Source of the DNA: Escherichia phage anhysbys
DNA: 64,000 nucleotides
Sequence record: NC_052656.1
Direction: 5' to 3' (one strand)
The position numbers were made by a program, and so were the translations under genes. Below, piece by piece: positions 63,461-64,000 of the stretch. The notes below the pieces were generated by a model, which was not told the DNA's origin, searched no databases, and saw only the letters and a program-made list of their open reading frames with translations. Numbering within the stretch: position 1 is the stretch's first letter; every line of letters starts with the position of its first letter.

Positions 63461-63752
63461 AATTTATCTAGCATGGATTGATGTTGGTGCTCCTGATGGT
63501 AAACCTTTTCGGCGAGATTGCGGTTTGTGTGCCAACTTGTTCGATTATGTGCACGCAGATGGCTACAATCTCCTTATAACAACCTTGTCAGACGAAATGC
63601 ACTCACAGTTCTACTACAAAGGGTTGAGTCAACAACTCCCTTTCAATGAGAACTACGATGCATATGTCTTAGAATCAGATGCAGAGGTATGTCACCTGAA
63701 CGTGGACAGGATTAATTGGGTAAGAGATCGTATTGCAGAGGAGGATGAATAA
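63426..63752 (+). CDS. Hypothetical protein, paralog family A member 4
   Basis: FYKIYLAWI...CGLCANL...QFYYKGLSQQLPFNEN...RINWVRDRI. Confidence 0.5.
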   Translation: MKTSAGLMEFYKIYLAWIDVGAPDGKPFRRDCGLCANLFDYVHADGYNLLITTLSDEMHSQFYYKGLSQQLPFNENYDAYVLESDAEVCHLNVDRINWVRDRIAEEDE

Positions 63753-63979
63753 TGTCGGATTATAACTGGTATGAACTTGAGGCTGTTTGTCAGTTTTATG
63801 ACTCAATAGTTCTGCGTGATCCAATCTGTCAAGAATTGAGTCGCCGTGCAAGTGCATTGGCAATCAATGTTAAAGTGCACGATTGGAACGCAGATCTGGA
63901 AAAAGAATTGGAATTCCTTTTGGAAACAACCTGTGTCTTCCATAAAGTGTTCCCTGAATGGTTTGAGATGGAGGAATAA
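63752..63979 (+). CDS. Hypothetical small protein
   Basis: 75-aa ORF. Confidence 0.4.
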   Translation: MSDYNWYELEAVCQFYDSIVLRDPICQELSRRASALAINVKVHDWNADLEKELEFLLETTCVFHKVFPEWFEMEE

Positions 63980-64000
63980 GCATGTGGATTGTCCGTCTTA

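Noticed and set aside
1-64000. Search for integrase, transposase, IS elements or attachment sites indicating a prophage or mobile island
   Set aside because: No recombinase-like ORF or terminal inverted repeats recognised; gene content points to a virulent phage.

Overview
This window reads as part of a large virulent dsDNA phage genome, probably of an enterobacterial host (E. coli-type sigma70 promoters; a protein ending in the E. coli SSB tail MDFDDDIPF). No rRNA, tRNA, CRISPR array, integrase or transposase was found. Layout: (i) 1000-36883, one minus-strand block of replication and nucleotide-metabolism genes (family A DNA polymerase carrying an intein, T7-type primase-helicase, SF1 helicase, SSB, N6-adenine methyltransferase, NrdD/NrdG, four glycosyltransferases) with an embedded Ter-like cluster (TerD, vWA/TerY-like, TelA-like, SprT-like, TerC) next to macro-domain, PRTase, HAD and 2H-like genes. 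(ii) 36884-36997, a strand-switch region. (iii) 36998-42922, plus-strand small genes ending in an AAA+ ATPase, a zinc-ribbon/T5orf172-like protein and a NADAR (YbiA-like) protein. (iv) 42923-44260, mostly non-coding: AT-rich direct repeats, three near-consensus Fur-box-like palindromes at 29-bp spacing and a GC-rich segment. (v) 44260-53890, the most unusual part: about 30 small plus-strand genes, about 20 of them preceded by a near-consensus sigma70 promoter followed by a conserved 5-prime stem-loop (TAGGGCGG + GCGGGAA/GGCGGCA hairpin) and a purine-rich RBS. This resembles the promoter-early-stem-loop cassettes reported in T4-type phages, but here sits in a phage with PolA/T7-like replication genes, and one copy also drives terC on the other strand. 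(vi) 53891-55462, a 1.6-kb ORF-free A+C-rich region with (AAN)n tracts, palindromes and more Fur-box-like sites. (vii) 55463-64000, plus-strand small genes including two paralog families. All functional calls come from motif recognition by eye; no database search was run.
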